Below are positions 1 through 12,686 of a DNA stretch of 64,000 nucleotides, piece by piece. Made by a program: the position numbers and the translations under genes. How positions within the stretch are numbered: the stretch's first letter is position 1; each line of letters starts with the position of its first letter. This DNA comes from Squalus acanthias (Eukaryota): the NCBI GenBank assembly GCA_030390025.1, contig CM059431.1, positions 107,696,001-107,760,000 on the forward strand, in the 5' to 3' direction. The notes beneath the pieces are model-generated. The model saw only the letters and a program-made list of their open reading frames with translations. It ran no database searches and was not told where the DNA came from.

Positions 1-679
1 AAAGAGCTGATATTGAGGAAAGATTTCCACTCTGTATTCCATGTAGCTAAATTGCAAACCTATTCTTTACAAATGGGTTTATGACTTTATTACACATAAT
101 ATACAGTGAAAATCTTCCCTCGTTGTGAGTTAAAGATTTCATTATTCATTTTAGTATAACTTCATTTTAAATAGTATCCCTTTGCTACAATGTATAGCGT
201 AATACATCCAATAGAAAAACAGAAGCATCTTAGATTACAATGTGATCTCAAAAGACTTACGAGTGGCATTATAAATGAGTTAGTAGAACATTCATACAAT
301 TATTTAGAATGGATGGGAGACCAGTCTTGTCCCAGCTGTGTGGCCCTTCGTGGTTAATTCAAAAATGATATTGGCAGAGGCATCGGAGTTGGTTAGTTCA
401 TGGCCAAGGAATAGTAGATGGGACTTAAAGGAAGCAAAGAGAAATGAGATCAAAATTTAGCAATACAGAAATAAGATTTATTGTATAGCATTGCCATTCC
501 AATATTTCAATATTAGGCTTTTTGAGTGAGTCCTGATTACCCAATTTTTTTGTGAGTTCCTTTTGCATATTCAAGTACTTTTGAAGTCAAATAAAATCTA
601 AGGCAGGACAAAGTGTTCTTTTTCTGAATATAGTATGAGAAAGAAAGGATGAGAGTAATTACAGGATATTAGACAGCAA

Positions 680-1010
680 ACCTCCCAAAACGCTATACAG
701 CCAATGAAGTACTTTTTGGAAGTGTATTCACTGTTGTAATGTCGGAAACATGGCAGCCAATTCACGCACAGCAAGCTCCCACAAACAGCAATGTGCTAAT
801 GCCCAGATAATCTGTTTTGAGTGATCTTTTACAGTTCACCTGAGAGGGTAAACAAGACATTAGTTTAACACCTCATACAAACGATGGCACCCTTAGTACT
901 GTACTGGAGCGTCAGCCTAGATGCAACGTGCTCAAGTCCCTGTAGTGGGAGTTGAGCCCACAACCTTAGGACTCAGAGACAAGAAAGAGCAATACCAGTG
1001 AGCCACAGAT
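680..1010 (-). mobile_element. DeuSINE (SacSINE1/AmnSINE1-like), internally deleted
   Basis: Reverse complement of the Deu core (CAAGCTCCCACAAACAGCAATGTG, CAGCCAATGAAGTACTTTT) plus a tRNA-like head near 950-1005; homologous to 62150-62581. Confidence 0.75.
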
Positions 1011-1204
1011 GGCACCTGCTTTTCAGTGGATGTTTTTTAAAGGACAAATATTGGCCAGAGAAAAATATCCAATCAAAAGTGTCTTTAGTGGACCGGTTAA
1101 TGGTATTCATTTATTGCTTCGATGCTATCTTAAGGCACAATAATAAAGATTATGGGGAGAAGGAATATCTTGGAGGAGAAATTCAGTGCTAACTTTTGAA
1201 ACCT

Positions 1205-1324
1205 CAACGGGAATTTTGCGGGCATCGGTACTCTCGCCACGCCCGGTCGCAAAGCCGGCAGCGCCCCGTTATCACCCCCCGGAGGCTCTAACGGGAGGCG
1301 CAAAGGAGGCGCATTTCTAGCCCC
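1205..1324. mobile_element. Short Harbinger-type MITE remnant
   Basis: GC-rich island with CTAACGGGAGGCGCA, shared with the end of the MITE at 4718-5462; ends ATTTCTAGCCCC. Confidence 0.4.
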
Positions 1325-1625
1325 TTGTGTTTTATGTTATGCAGCTGAAAAGAATGATATAACAAGGACAAATGCTTCAAAAATTTGACTCTGTTCATTG
1401 TTGAGCCTTAGACAGAGAGACTTAAACAAAGTTCCGTTTTTATATACATTTACAATGCAACAGGAAAGGGAATGTTGAAAAACACAATACAGTGATATTA
1501 ATGTCTAATAACTTAGCATAATCTGTGTACTAAAATTCAGTAACTGTGACAAATTAGGGAGATATCTGCGTTTTATATCACTGTTCTGAAATAGCTAGAG
1601 TTAGAAATGGAAGTTGCGCTTTCCT

Positions 1626-3932
1626 TAACCGGGCCAAGTGTTTGATTTGTATGTGGGAGAGCACTTTGGAGATAGTGACCACAATTCGGTAACTTTCACT
1701 ATTGCAATGGAGAGGGATAGGGCCATACGGCAGGGCAGGGTTTATAATTGGGGGAGGGGTAATTATGATGCGATTAGGCAAGAATTAGGGAGTATAAGAT
1801 GGGAACAGAAACTATCAGGGAAAGGCACAAACGAGAAGTGGAGCTTTTTCATGGAGCAATTACTGCGTGTCCTTGATAGGTATGTCCCTGTCAGGCAGGG
1901 AGGAAATGGCCGAGTGAGAGAACCATGGTTCACAAAAGAGGTTGAATGTCTAGTCAAGAGGAAAAAGGAAGCGTATGTAAGGATGAGAAAACAAGGTTCA
2001 GTTGGGTCGATTGAGGGGTACAAGGTAGCAAGGAATGAGCTAAAAAAAGAGCTTAGGAGAGCTAGGAGGGGGCATGAGAAGTCCTTGGTGGGTCGGATCA
2101 AGAAAAACCCCAAGGCTTTTTACTCTTATGTGAGAAATAAAAGAATGACCAGGGTGAGGGTAGGGCCGGTCAAGGACAGTAGTGGGAACTTATGCATGCA
2201 GTCAGAAGAGATAGGAGAGGTGATGAATGAATACTTTTCGTCAGTGTTCACCGAGGAGAGGGGCCATGTTCTTGAGGATGAGAGTGTGATAAAGGTGGAT
2301 AGGCTGGAGGTGGTAGATGTTCTGAGGGAAGATGTTTTAGCAATTTTGAAGAACCTGAGGGTCGATAAGTCCCCTGGGCCAGATGGGATATATCCTAGGA
2401 TTCTTTGGGAGGCAAGGGAGGAGATTGCAGAGCCTCTGGCTTTGATCTTTGGGTCCTCACTGTCCACGGGGATGGTGCCAGAGGACTGGAGAGTGGCGAA
2501 TGTTGTTCCTCTCTTCAAGAAAGGAAATAGGAATGACCCTGGTAATTATAGGCCGGTTAGTCTTACTTCGGTGGTTGGTAAGATAATGGAAAAGGTCCTG
2601 AGGGATAGGATTTATGACCATTTGGAAAGGGGCAACTTAATCAGGGATAGTCAACACGGATTCGTGAAGGGTAAGTCTTGCCTAACAAATTTGATTGAAT
2701 TCTTTGAGGAGGTAACTAAGTGTGTAGATGAAGGTAGAGCAGTTGATGTCGTATACATGGATTTTAGTAAGGCGTTTGATAAGGTTCCCCATGGTCGTCT
2801 CATGAAGAAAGTAAGGAGTTGTGGGATAGAGGGAAATTTGGCCGATTGGATAAGTAACTGGCTATCTCATAGAAGGCAGAGGGTGGTGGTGGATGGAACA
2901 TTTTCGGACTGGAGACCAGTTACCAGCGGTGTGCCACAGGGGTCGGTGCTGGGTCCTCTGCTGTTTGTGATTTTTATCAATGACTTGGAGGAGGGGACTG
3001 AAGGGTGGATCAGTAAATTTGCTGATGACACCAAGATTGGTGGAGTAGTGGATGAGGTGGAGGGCAGTTGTAGGCTGCAAAGAGACATTGATAGGATGCA
3101 GAGCTGGGCCGAAAAATGGCAGATGGAATTTAACCCTGATAAGTGCGAGGTGATTCATTTTGGTAGGGCAAATTTGAATAAGGATTACAGGGTCAACGGC
3201 AGGGTTCTGAGGAACGTGGAGGAGCAGAGGGATCTGGGGGTTCATATCCACAGATCTCTGAAGGTTGCCACTCAAGTGGATAGAGCAGTAAAGAAGGCCT
3301 ATGGTGTGTTGGCATTTATTAACAGAGGGTTTGAGTTTAAGAACCGTGAGGTTATGCTGCAACTGTACAGGACCTTGGTGAGACCACATTTGGAATATTG
3401 TGTGCAGTTCTGGTCACCTCACTATAGGAAGGACGTGGAAGCATTGGAAAGAGTGCAAAGGAGATTTACCAGGATGCTGCCTGGTTTGGGGGGGAGGTCT
3501 TATGAGGAAAGATTGAGGGAGTTGGGGCTTTTCTCTTTAGAGCGGAGGAGGATGAGAGGCGACTTAATAGAGGTTTATAAGATGATGAGGGGAATAGATA
3601 GAGTGGATGTTCAGAGACTATTTCCTCGGGTAGAGGCAGCTGTTACAAGGGGGCATAACTATAAGGTGCATGGGGGGAGATATAGAAGGGATGTCCGAGG
3701 TAGATTCTTTACTCAGAGAGTGGTTGGGGTGTGGAATGGACTGCCTGCTGTGATAGTGGAGTCGGACACTTTAGGAACTTTCAAGCGGTTATTGGATAAG
3801 CACATGGAGCACACCAGAGTGATAGGGAGTGTGATAGCTTGATCTTGGTCTCGGACAATGCTCGGCACAACATTGAGGGCCGAAGGGCCTGTAATGTGCT
3901 GTACTGTTCTATGTTCTATGTTCTATGTTCTA
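1626..3932 (+). mobile_element. CR1 LINE, 5'-truncated, young
   Basis: ORF2 followed by a short 3' UTR and a (TTCTATG)n tail at about 3907-3931. Confidence 0.95.
1638..3842 (+). CDS. CR1 ORF2 (end of endonuclease plus reverse transcriptase), 5'-truncated, no true start codon
   Basis: 734 open codons with SDH (endonuclease end), KSPGPDG, NYRPVSLTS, DFSKAFD, GVPQGSVLGP, KFADD and the CR1 C-terminal LERVQRRFT..FFTQRVV..WN motifs. Confidence 0.9.
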   Translation: MFDLYVGEHFGDSDHNSVTFTIAMERDRAIRQGRVYNWGRGNYDAIRQELGSIRWEQKLSGKGTNEKWSFFMEQLLRVLDRYVPVRQGGNGRVREPWFTKEVECLVKRKKEAYVRMRKQGSVGSIEGYKVARNELKKELRRARRGHEKSLVGRIKKNPKAFYSYVRNKRMTRVRVGPVKDSSGNLCMQSEEIGEVMNEYFSSVFTEERGHVLEDESVIKVDRLEVVDVLREDVLAILKNLRVDKSPGPDGIYPRILWEAREEIAEPLALIFGSSLSTGMVPEDWRVANVVPLFKKGNRNDPGNYRPVSLTSVVGKIMEKVLRDRIYDHLERGNLIRDSQHGFVKGKSCLTNLIEFFEEVTKCVDEGRAVDVVYMDFSKAFDKVPHGRLMKKVRSCGIEGNLADWISNWLSHRRQRVVVDGTFSDWRPVTSGVPQGSVLGPLLFVIFINDLEEGTEGWISKFADDTKIGGVVDEVEGSCRLQRDIDRMQSWAEKWQMEFNPDKCEVIHFGRANLNKDYRVNGRVLRNVEEQRDLGVHIHRSLKVATQVDRAVKKAYGVLAFINRGFEFKNREVMLQLYRTLVRPHLEYCVQFWSPHYRKDVEALERVQRRFTRMLPGLGGRSYEERLRELGLFSLERRRMRGDLIEVYKMMRGIDRVDVQRLFPRVEAAVTRGHNYKVHGGRYRRDVRGRFFTQRVVGVWNGLPAVIVESDTLGTFKRLLDKHMEHTRVIGSVIA

Positions 3933-4039
3933 AGTACAAAATTAAGGTCGTGGCCAAGTTGTCTGTGGGATCAGGGCAGGTTGATTGATCTCCCTTTTTT
4001 TTCTCTCTCTCTCCCACTGCAGCTGTCTCTCATTCTGCC

Positions 4040-4325
4040 AGCATTTCACACTTCACACTTCTGAGCCACCTTTTGTTTCTTAACCTGTCCCATTACCATC
4101 TCGTCTCGCCTTGAGCATCTCTTAATGTCTCTACTTACCATAGACCACCCCTTTTGTTCTTTTATTCCTCCCCCCAGCCTCCCACTTGCTTTTTTATCTG
4201 TTTCATTTCCTGCTTTTTTCTCAGTTCTGACGAAGGGTTTTGACCTGAAACGTTAACTCTGTTTCTCTCTCCACGGATGTTGCCTGGCCTGCTGAGTTTT
4301 TCCAGAGTTTTCTGTTGTTGTTTTG
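4040..4325 (+). mobile_element. Penelope-like element 3' tail fragment
   Basis: TCTGACGAAGGG..GACCTGAAACGTTAACTCTGTTTCTCTCTCCAC..CTGCTGAG matches the tail after the GIY-YIG remnant at 41100-41200. Confidence 0.65.
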
Positions 4326-4391
4326 ATTGATCTCCAGGTTTGTCAAGAGGCGGGGGGCTTTGTTTGAGGTGTTAATTAAATCGAAAGGCCA

Positions 4392-4505
4392 ACTGGCTCA
4401 GTTGGTGACAGTCTTGTCAATTAGAAAGCTGTGGTCCAAGTCCACCTCCAGGACTGCAGCACATAATCCAGGCTGACTCTTTGGCAGCTCAGTGAGGAAG
4501 TGAGC
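4392..4505 (+). mobile_element. DeuSINE tRNA-derived head fragment
   Basis: GGCTCAGTTGGT A-box, GGTCCAAGTCC B-box-like motif and ATCCAGGCTGAC, as in 62150-62220. Confidence 0.55.
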
Positions 4506-4717
4506 TGGGTAAGTCAGGTAGAAAGGCACAGCTTGCAGATCATAGGAGACTCATTTTTGCTTATGGAAACTGCCATTTTGCCTTGAATATAAGACAGGCC
4601 TTTTGGAATAATTATGACTGCAACTTTGCTCTACCCACAGATTTATTAAGTATTGCCTGTCAAGCTTTGGAAGGACTCAACAACTGAAGTAGGTGGCTAC
4701 TTAAACCAAAAGCCTTA

Positions 4718-5462
4718 GGGGGAAAAATTAGGTCGCGCCCCATTTGGGGCGCAAATATCGTCTGGACGCAAATATTAGCGCCTGGCGCTAATTATCGCCA
4801 CTGACTGGAAACTTCACTTTTACCGCCCCGGGAGGTGAGTGGAGCGCTAAATCAGGCGCTGCACACCTGTCTTAAGGCGCAAAGGCCGAGCAGTGAGGCG
4901 CTAACTCAGCGCGCAAGCGCAGCGCAGGTGCTGCCAGTTAGCGAGGGAACACAGACACACTGGCGCCGGCCAGTTCTTAAAGCGGGGGGGGGGGGGCAAC
5001 TGTTAGGATCAGTAGGCAAAACTACCTCACAAAGCGTTGACTCAATGCAGAAGTCTCTCTTTCTCTCTCTCCGAATCTCTCTCTCTCTCTCAGAACGAGT
5101 GGTGCAAAAATGTCAACCACAGAAAAAGACAGGAAGAGGCCCCCTTTAAATAGCGCCCCCCCCCAGCCCCACAGCGATTGATAGCGTTCCAGTCTTCCGG
5201 TCGTTGGATGCGCCAGGCGGTAAGGCAGGGGGCGCCACTCAATTTCCGCTCCGGGGCTCCACAAGGGCGTTGCACCATGGAATGACGTCACAATCTGCGC
5301 GCGCAGGTGGTCGCAGCGGTAAAGTTTAGCGCCGCCGCACAATGTCTAGTTAAGTTCCCGAGCGGCGCAAACATCGCTGTGCCCGGGTGTTAGCGGCTTT
5401 GCGCCCCATTAGCGCCCTCTTAAGGCGCTAACGGGAGGCGCAACCAACTGAATTTTTACCCC
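4718..5462. mobile_element. PIF/Harbinger MITE (AGCGCC-rich family)
   Basis: 12-bp TIRs GGGGGAAAAATT / AATTTTTACCCC (11/12) and TSD TTA on both sides; termini related to 57257-60343. Confidence 0.85.
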
Positions 5463-7755
5463 TTAAAGTTGTACCCAAACCACCCCCCCCCCAGAGAACG
5501 GCAACATCCCAGAGCAAGAAGATCGTGGAAGAGAATTGTGGGTTTTGCACCAGTGCGATGAACAGATTGGCAAAGTGCCTGAGCGCTTGCAGGATGGGAT
5601 AAGTTAACTCTGGAGTTTCCTTATGACACTGCTTCACCGACCTCATCTGCACTAGTGCTCGTAGGCTAGCAATGTTCTTTGAAAACATTTCATTTATATG
5701 TTGCAACTTTGAAGTTTTCTTTTTAAAAAGTTTCTCTCTCTCCACAAACACACACACATACAATCATGTGCCAATATTGGGTTTAGTTGTCATTTCTTTG
5801 TGTAAGTTGCTCATAAAATGCACCTTATTGACAAATTGAAGTTGTGTGCACTCAGAACAAAATGCTATTCCTTTTAATGTCTTGCTTTGGGTTTTATACA
5901 GCATTTGGCATTTTATAGAATGGTAAACCTTCCTTGCTCTCATGGGCAGACAGACTAAGGGTTGCTATATGGAATAAAGCATCTCTGCTATACTAAGTGC
6001 TCCATTAAACTCTTTCTTCATCCAGCATAAAACACAAATGCAATAAATCCAGTTGCTGTTCCTGTCAGATTATCAGAAACTGCAGTGATACTGTGATGAT
6101 CTGATCATTTGTTATCCAAGTATTACCCACTCCTGTCTGAATAGAACAGTTTAAAGACCTTAAGAGCAGCTGTGATTTGAACATCAGTGGACACTATTCA
6201 GCTTCTCCATTTGGGAAATGAGAGGAGGTCCTTTAACAAGTTTACAACATGGTAAATTAGCAACTCTGGATTGGGGTTGCTATTTATAGAGAAACTAGTC
6301 ATTACATGGGGAGAAATTGCCATGGTTGCTGTGAAACGCTTTCACAATCAGCAGCAACCAATATTTTTGATTCAAAGTGTGCATTAGTTCAGTCTCAAAA
6401 GGGTTTAGTCAAGTTCTTGCACATACTTCAACTGGGACCATATACGAACACGATATTCAAAATTGAGAAAATCCATAGGTGTCTCGGGTTGCCATCTCGA
6501 TGAGAACAACACTTACTCATAACTATGGATGTGATATTTTTCGTAAATCTAATTTTGAAAGTTGGGCTCAAGTAGAAAAGGCATCTTCAGATCCCTAAAG
6601 AATGCAAGACAGGCTAACAAATTTACTTTCATATCCCATCCAATATGGCACAGAGAAACAGATAGCTCACGGTATAGTACGTTATCAATCTGGGCGATTT
6701 AATTAGCAAATTGATGCATTTGGAGCCATTAGAAATTCCACCTCATTAGTAGAAAACTGAACATGAGGTAACTTCAATGAAACCATTTCATTCAACGAGT
6801 TTCTTGAAAGTCAAATACTATTGATAAGAGTGACATCTAAGGGTGGAAAACGGTGACCTATTTGCACAAACAGAATCTCTTGGCTGAAAAAATAGAACTA
6901 ATACAAGATGTATTTTAAAGCTGTGCTATGATTTTTGTTAAAATTCAACAGTAATATTCAGCATTTTATTACTACTAATTTTCCAACCGAACTGTGAAAT
7001 CAAAATTAATTGAAACAAACTTGCACAACATTTTATCAGCAAGTGCATACTGGCAAATAGCACGTTAATCTCCCATCCACCCTTCTTATTTTATGGATTA
7101 TGTATGCCATACTGCGGCATAAAACCCATTAATTTTAATGCTAAAGAAGGTCTCATTTGTCTCGGCATATTTTAGTTATAATTCCTTAGGGTACCAAGCT
7201 ATTATTCTAATCTATATTTATTCATGGAATCAAAAATATTTTAAAATTCAATCCCTTTATGAGCGAAAAGTTAGATCATTTACACAATGTGGAGAAGAAT
7301 GCATCTCGAAACAGCAAGGAATTTATTTTGATACCGAGTGCATTTAAATGTTATTGCAGCATAGATAATTGGGCTGACATATCTAATTTTTTCCTTGCAT
7401 CACTAATATTACTCTCATCTAACGGATCATTTTATGGCAATATGATAGCACTTACAAAGACATTTATGTGACAGGCGCATTAACCTCATATACTGAGCAC
7501 CACAGGTAACTAACAGAGTACAGCAGCCTTCCTCTAACTTAACTGGTAGAAGTAATAAATCAGGAACAAAATAAACGTTGGAACATACTTAGCGAATGTT
7601 TTTAAAGTGAAATGTTTTGTTCAGGGGTGTCAAACACCCGGCCACGCGTTGTGCTATGCCAAGTCACTGCGTCAAATTTTGTGCCGCAGTAGTACTCCTC
7701 CCCCACTCAACGCCCCCTCCCGCTGGGATAGACAACCAGCCCTCCCTCTCAGGAG

Positions 7756-8372
7756 TAACAGAACATAAGAACATAAGAAATAGGAGCAGGAGTAGGCCAT
7801 TCGGCCCCTCGAGCCTGCTCCACCATTCAATAAGATCATGGCTGATTTTCTACCTCATCTCCACTTTCCCGCACTATCCCCATATCCCTTGATTTCCTTA
7901 ATATCCAAAAATCTATCGATCCCTGTCTTGAATATACTCAATGACTGAGCCTCCACAGCCCTCTGGGGTAGAGAATTCCAAAGATTCACAACCCTTTGAG
8001 TGAAGAAATTTCTCCCAATTTCAGTCCTAAATGGCCGACCCCTTATTCTGAGACTGTGACCCCTGGTTCTAGACTCCCCAGCCAGGGGAAACATCCTCCC
8101 TGCATCTACCCTGTCAAGCCCTTTAAGAATTTTATACGTTTAAATGAGATCACCTCTCATTCTTCTAAACTCTAGGGAATATAGGCCGAGTCTACTCAAT
8201 CTGTCCTCATAGGACAATCCCCCCATCCCAGGAATCAGTCTAGTGAACCTTCGTTGCACTCCCTCTAAAGCAAGTATATCCTAGCTTAGGTAAGGAGACC
8301 AAAACTGTGCACAGTACTCCAGGTGTGGTCACACCAAGGCCCTATATAATTGTAGTGAGACTTTATAACTCT
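7756..8372 (-). mobile_element. CR1 LINE 3' fragment
   Basis: Minus ORF MFPLAGESRTRGH..FFTQRVVNLWNSLP and a short AAGAACAT-repeat tail at about 7760-7780. Confidence 0.9.
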
Positions 8373-8854
8373 TGTACACCAATACTCGACAGGAGCGGTT
8401 TGTGGAGAAACATGGAGTGGGAGAGGTGTGGGGCTGGGCTGGGTGAACAGGGACTAAGGGGCAGGAGATTGGGGGTCCAGAGATTTTTACTTCAGCGGGT
8501 TGGGGGGAGGCAGCAGCTGTAATTGGGACTCTGGCAATGGGGGACCAGGATATTGGGATTCAAGGAGCGGGGGTGGGTTAGAGGGAACAGGGTTGGGAGA
8601 TTGGGGCTTCAGTGGGGAGGGAGATGAAGAGGAGTGGTCAATGTAATAGGGTTGTGTGGGCAACATTTACTGCAGAGCTGGGAGCACCAGCACCAGCAAC
8701 ATGGTGAGTAGGAGCGGCACCGAGAGGGTGGAGCAGCTGGTAAATTGCTGTGAACACTGCAGACTTTATCGTGGGTAAATAGAGAAAGATAGTTTCCAAT
8801 GGCTGGCGAATGGGTAACAAATGGGAATCGGGGGGAAAACTCTCCCCTGGCAGG

Positions 8855-9906
8855 AGTCACACCTAGCACAAAGGAAGATGGTTGGGGTGGTTGGAGGTCA
8901 ATCATCACAGCCCCAGGACATCACTGCAGGAGTTCCTCAGGGCAGTGTCCTAGGCCCAACCATCTTCAGCTGCTTCATCAATGACCTTCCCTCCAACATA
9001 AGGCCAGAAATGGGGATGTTCGCTGATGACTGCAGTGTTCAGCGCCATTCACAACTCCTCAGATAATGAAGCAGTCAATGCCCGCATGCAACAAGACCTG
9101 GACGACGTTCAGGCTTGGGCTGATACGTGGCAGGTAACATTCGCGCCTCAGAAGTGCCAGGCAATGACTATCTCCAACAAGCGAGAGACTAAACACCGCC
9201 CCTTGGCATTCAATGGTATTACCATCGCCGAATCCCCCACCATCAACATCCTGGGGGTCACCATTGACCAGAAACTTAACTGGACCAGCCACATAAATAC
9301 TGTGGCAACAAGAGCTGGTCAGAGACTAGGTATTCTGCGGCGAGTGTCTCACCTCCTGACTCCCCAAAGCCTTTCTACCATCTACAAGGCACAAGTCAGG
9401 AGTGTGATGGATTACTCTTCACTTACCTGGATGAGTGCAGCTCCAACAACACTCAAGAAGCTCAACACCATCCAGGACAAAGCAGCCCGCTTGATTGGCA
9501 CCCCATCTACCACCTTAAACATTCATTCCCTCCACCACCAGCGTACCGTGGCTGCAGTGTGTACCATCTACAAGATGCACTGTAGCAACTCACCAAGGCT
9601 TCTTCGGCAGCACCTCCCAAACCCATGACCTCTTCCACCTAGAAGGACAAGGGCAGCAGGCGCATGGGAACACCACCACCTCCAAGTTCCCCTCCAAGTC
9701 ACACACCATCCTGACTTAGAAGTATATCGCCGATCCTTCATCGTCGCTGGGTCAAAATCCTGGAACTCCCTCCCTAACAGCACTGTGGGAGTACCTTCAC
9801 CACACGGACTGCAGCGGTTCAAGAAGGCGGCTCACCACCACCTTCTCGAGGGCAATTAGGGATGGGCAATAAATGCTGGCCTTGCCAGCGACGCCCACAT
9901 CCCATA
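8855..9906 (+). mobile_element. CR1-group (L2/Crack-like) LINE 3' fragment, frameshifted RT
   Basis: GVPQGSVLGP..FIND..FADD, then a frameshift into WQVTFAPQKC..LGVTIDQKLNW..; 3' UTR ends GGGCAATAAATGCTGGCCTTGCCAGCGACGCCCACATCCCAT. Confidence 0.85.
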
Positions 9907-9929
9907 AAAACAAATTTAAAAAATGAAAA

Positions 9930-10654
9930 TAAAATGGATGGAGACCGAGGCTTCCCACTGCGCTCGAGGTATTGCGCGCCCTCGTTTTACGTGGCAAGTT
10001 CCATCTGCCACTGTTTCCGCCAGGCTGGGAGAGGAGGGGAGGAATGCGCGGCACAGTCGCAAGCTGCAGCCCTGGCTCCCTCGGCTCCTTTCTCGGTCAA
10101 GAAACCCCACAAACAAACCTGGGCAGCTGTTGGCTCCTCGCTCGAGATCTTGCAGAGTTTGTAGCTGGGTAGCTCATCCAACCTTGGGCCTCAGGCTTCA
10201 TTTTAATAATAGAGGCGAGCGACTGGCACCTGAGATGCCTGCAGATGCAGCTCACCCATCTTCGGGGATCAGATCTGGGCCTGTTGCATCGCCGGGCAAT
10301 GGGCGGAGGCAAATGCAGGAAGGCCGAGCCCGCAGTAATGCTTTGGAGCTGGGGGTGGCGCTCTTTCTCTCCCATTTCTTTAGCGGCCTTCAGTGATCCC
10401 TTTAAGGACTGCTGCTTAGGCCGCTGTAGAACTGGAAAAGCTAGTCGGAGTTTGCACCGCACATGCTCCAACTAGCTTATCACGCATTTTGCAGAAGGGT
10501 CCTGAAACAGGTACAGGAACCTTCTGTGCCTATTTAAATAAATCAAACGCTGATTTCAGGCAGCCGCCAGGGACGCCTAAAAGCAGTGTGAGCCAATATG
10601 GTGCCCATTTTACGCCCAAAGAATGAGCTTGCAACACATACCAGTTTCTACCCC
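9930..10654. mobile_element. Probable GC-rich MITE (left end not resolved)
   Basis: GC/CpG-rich block ending in the TIR-like AGTTTCTACCCC. Confidence 0.35.
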
Positions 10655-11579
10655 AGTGTGTCCAAATATCTACTGCTAAACGTGGTCCACACCAAGGCTG
10701 CAATTTCACCAGCCGTGGTGAGTCCGGTGCCGCAGGAGTAGACAGCAGCCTCAAACCCTGCTCCTGTCTTCATCCCACATCCTCCAAGTGATTTTGCCCT
10801 GATTGGGCTTGTTAAGCCCGCCCTGCGAGGTTCCCGGCCAATTAAAAGGAAGCGGGTCTGATGACGTCATTTGATGGTTTCCTTAAAGGCACCATGTCCA
10901 CATTCATTTTGACAGTTCTGTTGTCAATGTTCTACAGTATTGAGGTGCTGCAAACACTGACAAGCACTGCACAAAAGTGCACGGCTGCACCCAGGCTCTC
11001 CCATGATTCTCTCCAAATGCTTTTGGAGAGAGTCACAGCACGCAGGGAGGTCCTCTTCCCTTCAAATGGGCAGAAGAGATCTCCCCAGGACACCAATGCA
11101 GCCTGGTTGCACCTTGTGCAAGAGGAAACAAGCAGGGATGTTGTCAGGAGGACCTGGCTGCAGTGGCGCAAACCTTTCAATGATCACAGTGGATCACGAA
11201 ACGTTACTGCAAAGCCACACTCAACCTCACCCTGCTGTGCCACTCATCACATCCCCATCACTCTGCCTTCCCTACCCTACTCCTGCACATCCTTACTCAC
11301 ACCAACTTACCTTGCACCTCCACCCATCCCTCTCTATCTATATTATCACTTCCCCATCTCACTAGCCTTCCCTCACACTCACCCTCATCCTAGTCCAATC
11401 ATACCAACTAACAACACACAAGGGTAGGCACTTGGGTGGTTTAGTCAATGTGTGTGTAAACTTTCTGTTAATGTGTTGTCAAGCATTAAAATCTTTATTT
11501 TCACTACTTTGCCTTCTTGGACCGATTTGTGTGCACCTTTGAAAGTGCCTCAGTGAGTTCCAGTGAATGGTGAGACTCC

Positions 11580-12424
11580 GGGCTGGATTTTCATTGACCC
11601 GTGGAGGTGGGTTTGGAGGCGTGTGGGGGGTTAAAGTTGCAGATTCGGGGGTCCCGAACCCATCCCGCCCCCAACCCGCCTCCATGCCAGTTTCGCTGGA
11701 GGCGGGTACCCGACCTGTGCTGGGACCCGCCTCCCCGAGGCGGGAAGGGGATTAGTGCCAATAAACTGCCTGTTAACAGGTAGTTAACAGGCAGTTTTTT
11801 GCCTAATCCCTATTTTGATTCGTGAAATGTGGGCTTCCCGACAAGTCCCAACCACGCCAAGTTAGCGAGGCGGACTGTGGGTCTGCAGGGGTTGGAGGGG
11901 TCGATATGTCCGGTGGGCAGGTGAGTGATGAGTGCATGTGTGCAGAGGAAAGTGTGTAAGGTAAGTGTAAAGTGTGGGAAAAAGTTTTACTTACATTAAC
12001 TTCCTCCTGCAGGTGTCAACCCTTCAGGTCTCGGGAGTCAGAAATCTCACCGGCACAGAAAGCAGAAAAGCCGTGGTGCTGTCAAAAACTGCAGCCTTCT
12101 GTTTTCTGTGCTGGAATGATTTCTAACTCAGCCTGAGAGGAAGGACTCAAGTTAGAAGACAGATTGTCAGTGTTTCACAGCTTCACAGAGCTGTCAAACG
12201 CTGATATTTCATCTGTCAAAAGCTCTTGACAGATGAAATGTCAATCTGTGACATCACCTGTTGCCGGGTGGCCCTTAATTGGCCTGCTGAGCCCACTGGG
12301 CGGGCTCAACAAGGTCAATCAAGTGAAAATACAGTGGGTTGGCCACAAGTCGATGGAGGTGCGACTACAACCCAAAAAGTGGGAGTCCCGCCTCCATCAC
12401 GTCCCCAGTATCAAAATCCAGCCC
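11580..12424 (+). mobile_element. Harbinger-type MITE, family A
   Basis: Perfect 12-bp TIR GGGCTGGATTTT / AAAATCCAGCCC; absent from the uninterrupted copy near 49945; homologous to 26418-27262 and 54830-55670. Confidence 0.85.
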
Positions 12425-12686
12425 ATAATTCCGCCGCCCCCCTCCCCCCCACCCCCGCAATGGTGATGAGTGTGAAAGAAATGCCTTGGATATTGTAGGG
12501 ATGCTTTATGGTGTTGGTGTGGGGTGGTGCCAAGCTGGTGCATCATGTGGCAGCCAGGGTGTAGTGTTAAGTGAAGCAAATCTGGACATGGTAAGGCAAT
12601 CCCTGACCTCATGGGCAGCAATGTGGTCAGGTGATGATGCCCTGTCTCCAGTATAGCATCAGTTGATTGCGGAGAAGGTTGGTGTG

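Noticed and set aside
6270..6335. MEF2 (CTATTTATAG) and RFX-like sites as an enhancer
   Set aside because: Isolated short motifs in AT-rich DNA with no conservation evidence.
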